Positions 61,749-64,000 of a stretch of DNA of 64,000 nt are shown here, piece after piece. The notes beneath the pieces are model-generated. The model did not search any database. It saw nothing but the letters and a program-made list of their open reading frames with translations, and was not told the DNA's origin. The stretch's first letter is position 1. Every line of letters begins with the position of its first letter. The position numbers and the translations under genes were made by a program. The stretch is from Barthelona sp. PCE (taxonomy: Eukaryota), in assembly GCA_040285745.1 (NCBI GenBank), contig JAUFOR010000004.1:1240001-1304000 (forward strand), given 5' to 3'.

Positions 61749-64000
61749 ATGTTTGATTTGGAAACAGTCGTTGTCCAACAGACAGAGCTCACTGTCCTTA
61801 AAAAAATAGCGCAGGGGGGCTTTGGTACAGTTTTTTTGGTTAAAGACTGGTCTAACAATCGTTTCGCTTTAAAACGTGTCATCACGAACTCCAAGAGCGT
61901 GATTGATCTCACAAAGACTGAAATAGAGCTTCTCGATAGCTTTACACACGACAATATAATTCGTTTGATGGCTTCTGATGTATATCTTCATCATGGAAAG
62001 ACGCACATCTATATGCTGCTCGAATACTGCCCCGCAGACCTGGTTGGCTTAATGCAGCACCACAAATCTGGAGCCACACAAATCGCAGATGGATTAATTG
62101 GCAGTATCTTTCTTCAACTTGTCAAGGCCCTGGATGCAGTCCACAAGCGTGACTGGGTCCATCGTGATATTAAAGTTGAGAATATTTTGTTTACTGATGT
62201 TTCATATAACGAATTAAAGCTATGCGATTTTGGATCGTGCACCGCTGAAGAAATTGTCCCTCAGACGTCAAGCGAGATCTCCCACGTCACAACCATGGTG
62301 GAGAAGTACACCACACCGTTGTATAGAGCTCCTGAGATGTACGATCCGTGGCGTAAGCAAATTATCGGGAAACCTTCTGATATTTGGGCACTAGGCGTTG
62401 TTCTTTACTACCTGTGCACACTAGAGACACCATTCCCCGAGGAGAACCCTAAGTTGGCTGTGTTGAATAATCATTATGTGTTGCCTGATGGTGTTGCATC
62501 TGAGTATCGTACAATTATTAGAGCGTGCCTTATGTCAGACCCGATGCAGCGCCCAACCACAGATGATCTCATCAATCATATGGAAAATGGTACACCGTTA
62601 GGTGATACGAGTTTTGTTTTTGAAACTGCCGCCGTTGTTTCAGAAACTATGTTTGATCCATTTGGGTTTGTAACCGGGAATCCTGCTGCTGAGACAGCTG
62701 CCACTCCGGCTAAGACAACGCTTTCAGCTACCTTTTTTGAGCAAGTAGCTCCACAGCCCGAGCCCGTCGCTGCCAAAACACAGGTTTTAGATGGTTTCTT
62801 TTCGTTTGGCAGCGAGCCTCAGCCGTCAGTTGTGCAACCAGTCACGCAACCAGTCAAGCAACCTGTTCCTCAGGCAAAGTCAGAGTTTGGCGAGAAAGCA
62901 GCACGCCTAATGGACATAGCGGTGAAGGAGAACGTGCAGAACAAGGGGTTTTTTGAAACCATGGAAACAGCAAACCATGATCCGCTCTTTTCTTTACTTG
63001 ACGCAGCTCCTGCCGCCACAAAGTCACCCGTGCAATCCCCGAAACAGAAGGAAGAAGAGTTTTTTTGTGTTAAGACTGAGTATAAGAAGCATGAGTATTT
63101 CTCTCCTACAACTGCTGTTAAGGCTGCTACCCCCCAAGACAAACTTGAGGAAGACGAAGAACCGAGCGACGATGAGTCAGATAAGCTTTTGGGTTTAAAA
63201 CGTCAACCATCGTTTACAAAGCAGAAAATTAAGAGGAAAATTGGTAGAAATGGGTATGAATTGCTTGAAAGCCCCGCAGACACAACGAATGAGCCTCCCA
63301 AGCGGCGAACACTGGCCTTTTCAACTGGAAAGGCAATTAAAAAGCTGACGGATTCTATTAAGTTGGTTGGGAAATCAGACATTGAGATAGCAGTAAGAAA
63401 AGCGTGTTCCCGTGAGATAGGTATCCCGAAAATGAAGCACATCAATTCACTTAGCGTTCATCTGCAGGAGTCAACAAGGAATATTCAGCATTTTTATGAT
63501 TTCATCCAAAGCTGTATCACACGGGATGCAGTCGTCCTCACAAAGGCACTGTGTGTGCTTTTGAACCTGTTACACGTTACAGAGTCGATGAACTTCAGGC
63601 TTCACTTTGCACGATTTTGTGATGGTGATGAACGGGATTTACTGAGTCGCATCGAAGCATTTAGCGAGATGATTGATGACAGCAAGCTCGATTACGGCTT
63701 TATGGATTTGTTCTATAACTTTTTAGGACTTTTACGTAAACGCAGTCAGCTTCATCAGACTTTTTCTCATTTGGAAGGTAATCTCTCCATTGATTCGTAC
63801 CTTTACTACACGAGCAGGCTTGTCCAGATGGAATTAAAAGCTCAGGATAAGACGAAGAATGCATTTTCTTCATTTACAAAGTCAGCTGTTACTATTTGTA
63901 TTCGTGAAGAAGAGTTATTAAGGAAGAACTTTGAACATAGCAGTGCGTGGATACAGTCACTCGTTGAGGAATTATCAGTGTATTTTGAAGAAGCTTTACG
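61749..64000 (+). CDS. NAK-family (AAK1/BIKE/GAK-like) kinase with C-terminal ANTH-like domain (partial, runs off window end)
   Basis: Absent from the ORF track. Manual translation: IAQGGFGTVFLV, FALKR, HRDIKVENIL, KLCDFGS, EKYTTPLYRAPEM, DIWALG; in-frame IEIAVRKACSREIGIPKMKH from ~63380. Confidence 0.85.
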   Translation, partial: MFDLETVVVQQTELTVLKKIAQGGFGTVFLVKDWSNNRFALKRVITNSKSVIDLTKTEIELLDSFTHDNIIRLMASDVYLHHGKTHIYMLLEYCPADLVGLMQHHKSGATQIADGLIGSIFLQLVKALDAVHKRDWVHRDIKVENILFTDVSYNELKLCDFGSCTAEEIVPQTSSEISHVTTMVEKYTTPLYRAPEMYDPWRKQIIGKPSDIWALGVVLYYLCTLETPFPEENPKLAVLNNHYVLPDGVASEYRTIIRACLMSDPMQRPTTDDLINHMENGTPLGDTSFVFETAAVVSETMFDPFGFVTGNPAAETAATPAKTTLSATFFEQVAPQPEPVAAKTQVLDGFFSFGSEPQPSVVQPVTQPVKQPVPQAKSEFGEKAARLMDIAVKENVQNKGFFETMETANHDPLFSLLDAAPAATKSPVQSPKQKEEEFFCVKTEYKKHEYFSPTTAVKAATPQDKLEEDEEPSDDESDKLLGLKRQPSFTKQKIKRKIGRNGYELLESPADTTNEPPKRRTLAFSTGKAIKKLTDSIKLVGKSDIEIAVRKACSREIGIPKMKHINSLSVHLQESTRNIQHFYDFIQSCITRDAVVLTKALCVLLNLLHVTESMNFRLHFARFCDGDERDLLSRIEAFSEMIDDSKLDYGFMDLFYNFLGLLRKRSQLHQTFSHLEGNLSIDSYLYYTSRLVQMELKAQDKTKNAFSSFTKSAVTICIREEELLRKNFEHSSAWIQSLVEELSVYFEEAL

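Noticed and set aside
1-64000. CRISPR arrays, tRNA/rRNA genes, transposases, viral hallmark genes, alternative genetic code
   Set aside because: None recognised by eye; conserved genes read through and end normally with TAA/TAG.

Overview
Gene-dense, apparently intron-free eukaryotic DNA in the standard genetic code, from a flagellated protist (CFAP65 is present). The compact layout resembles a metamonad-type genome, but that is inference and I cannot identify the organism. About 30 protein genes are present. Recognisable ones include CFAP65, CNOT11, Mak21/NOC1, an inositol 5-phosphatase-C2, a SPRY protein, an MFS transporter, DBP9/DDX56, an SPFH protein, a RecA-family recombinase, a YwqG/DUF1963 protein, a class I HDAC, two NEKs, Aurora and a NAK kinase. 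The most unusual element is a four-member family starting MVRAFKN, with a predicted beta-propeller plus coiled coil. Two members lie in a 5.1 kb tandem duplication and are fused to a Ser/Thr kinase, a HECT E3 domain and an RBR-type RING2 domain (reconstructed ~1393 aa; each copy is broken by a different frameshift). The other two lack this effector tail. The paralogs show mosaic 5' ends and a shared variable patch, which resembles a diversifying sensor-kinase-E3 (immune-receptor-like) system. Other leads are a ~280 nt highly base-paired non-coding island at 42.2-42.5 kb, a recombinase with archaeal RadA-like motifs, a 2122 aa uncharacterised protein and a NAK-ANTH fusion. All domain calls are from motif reading by eye; no searches were run.
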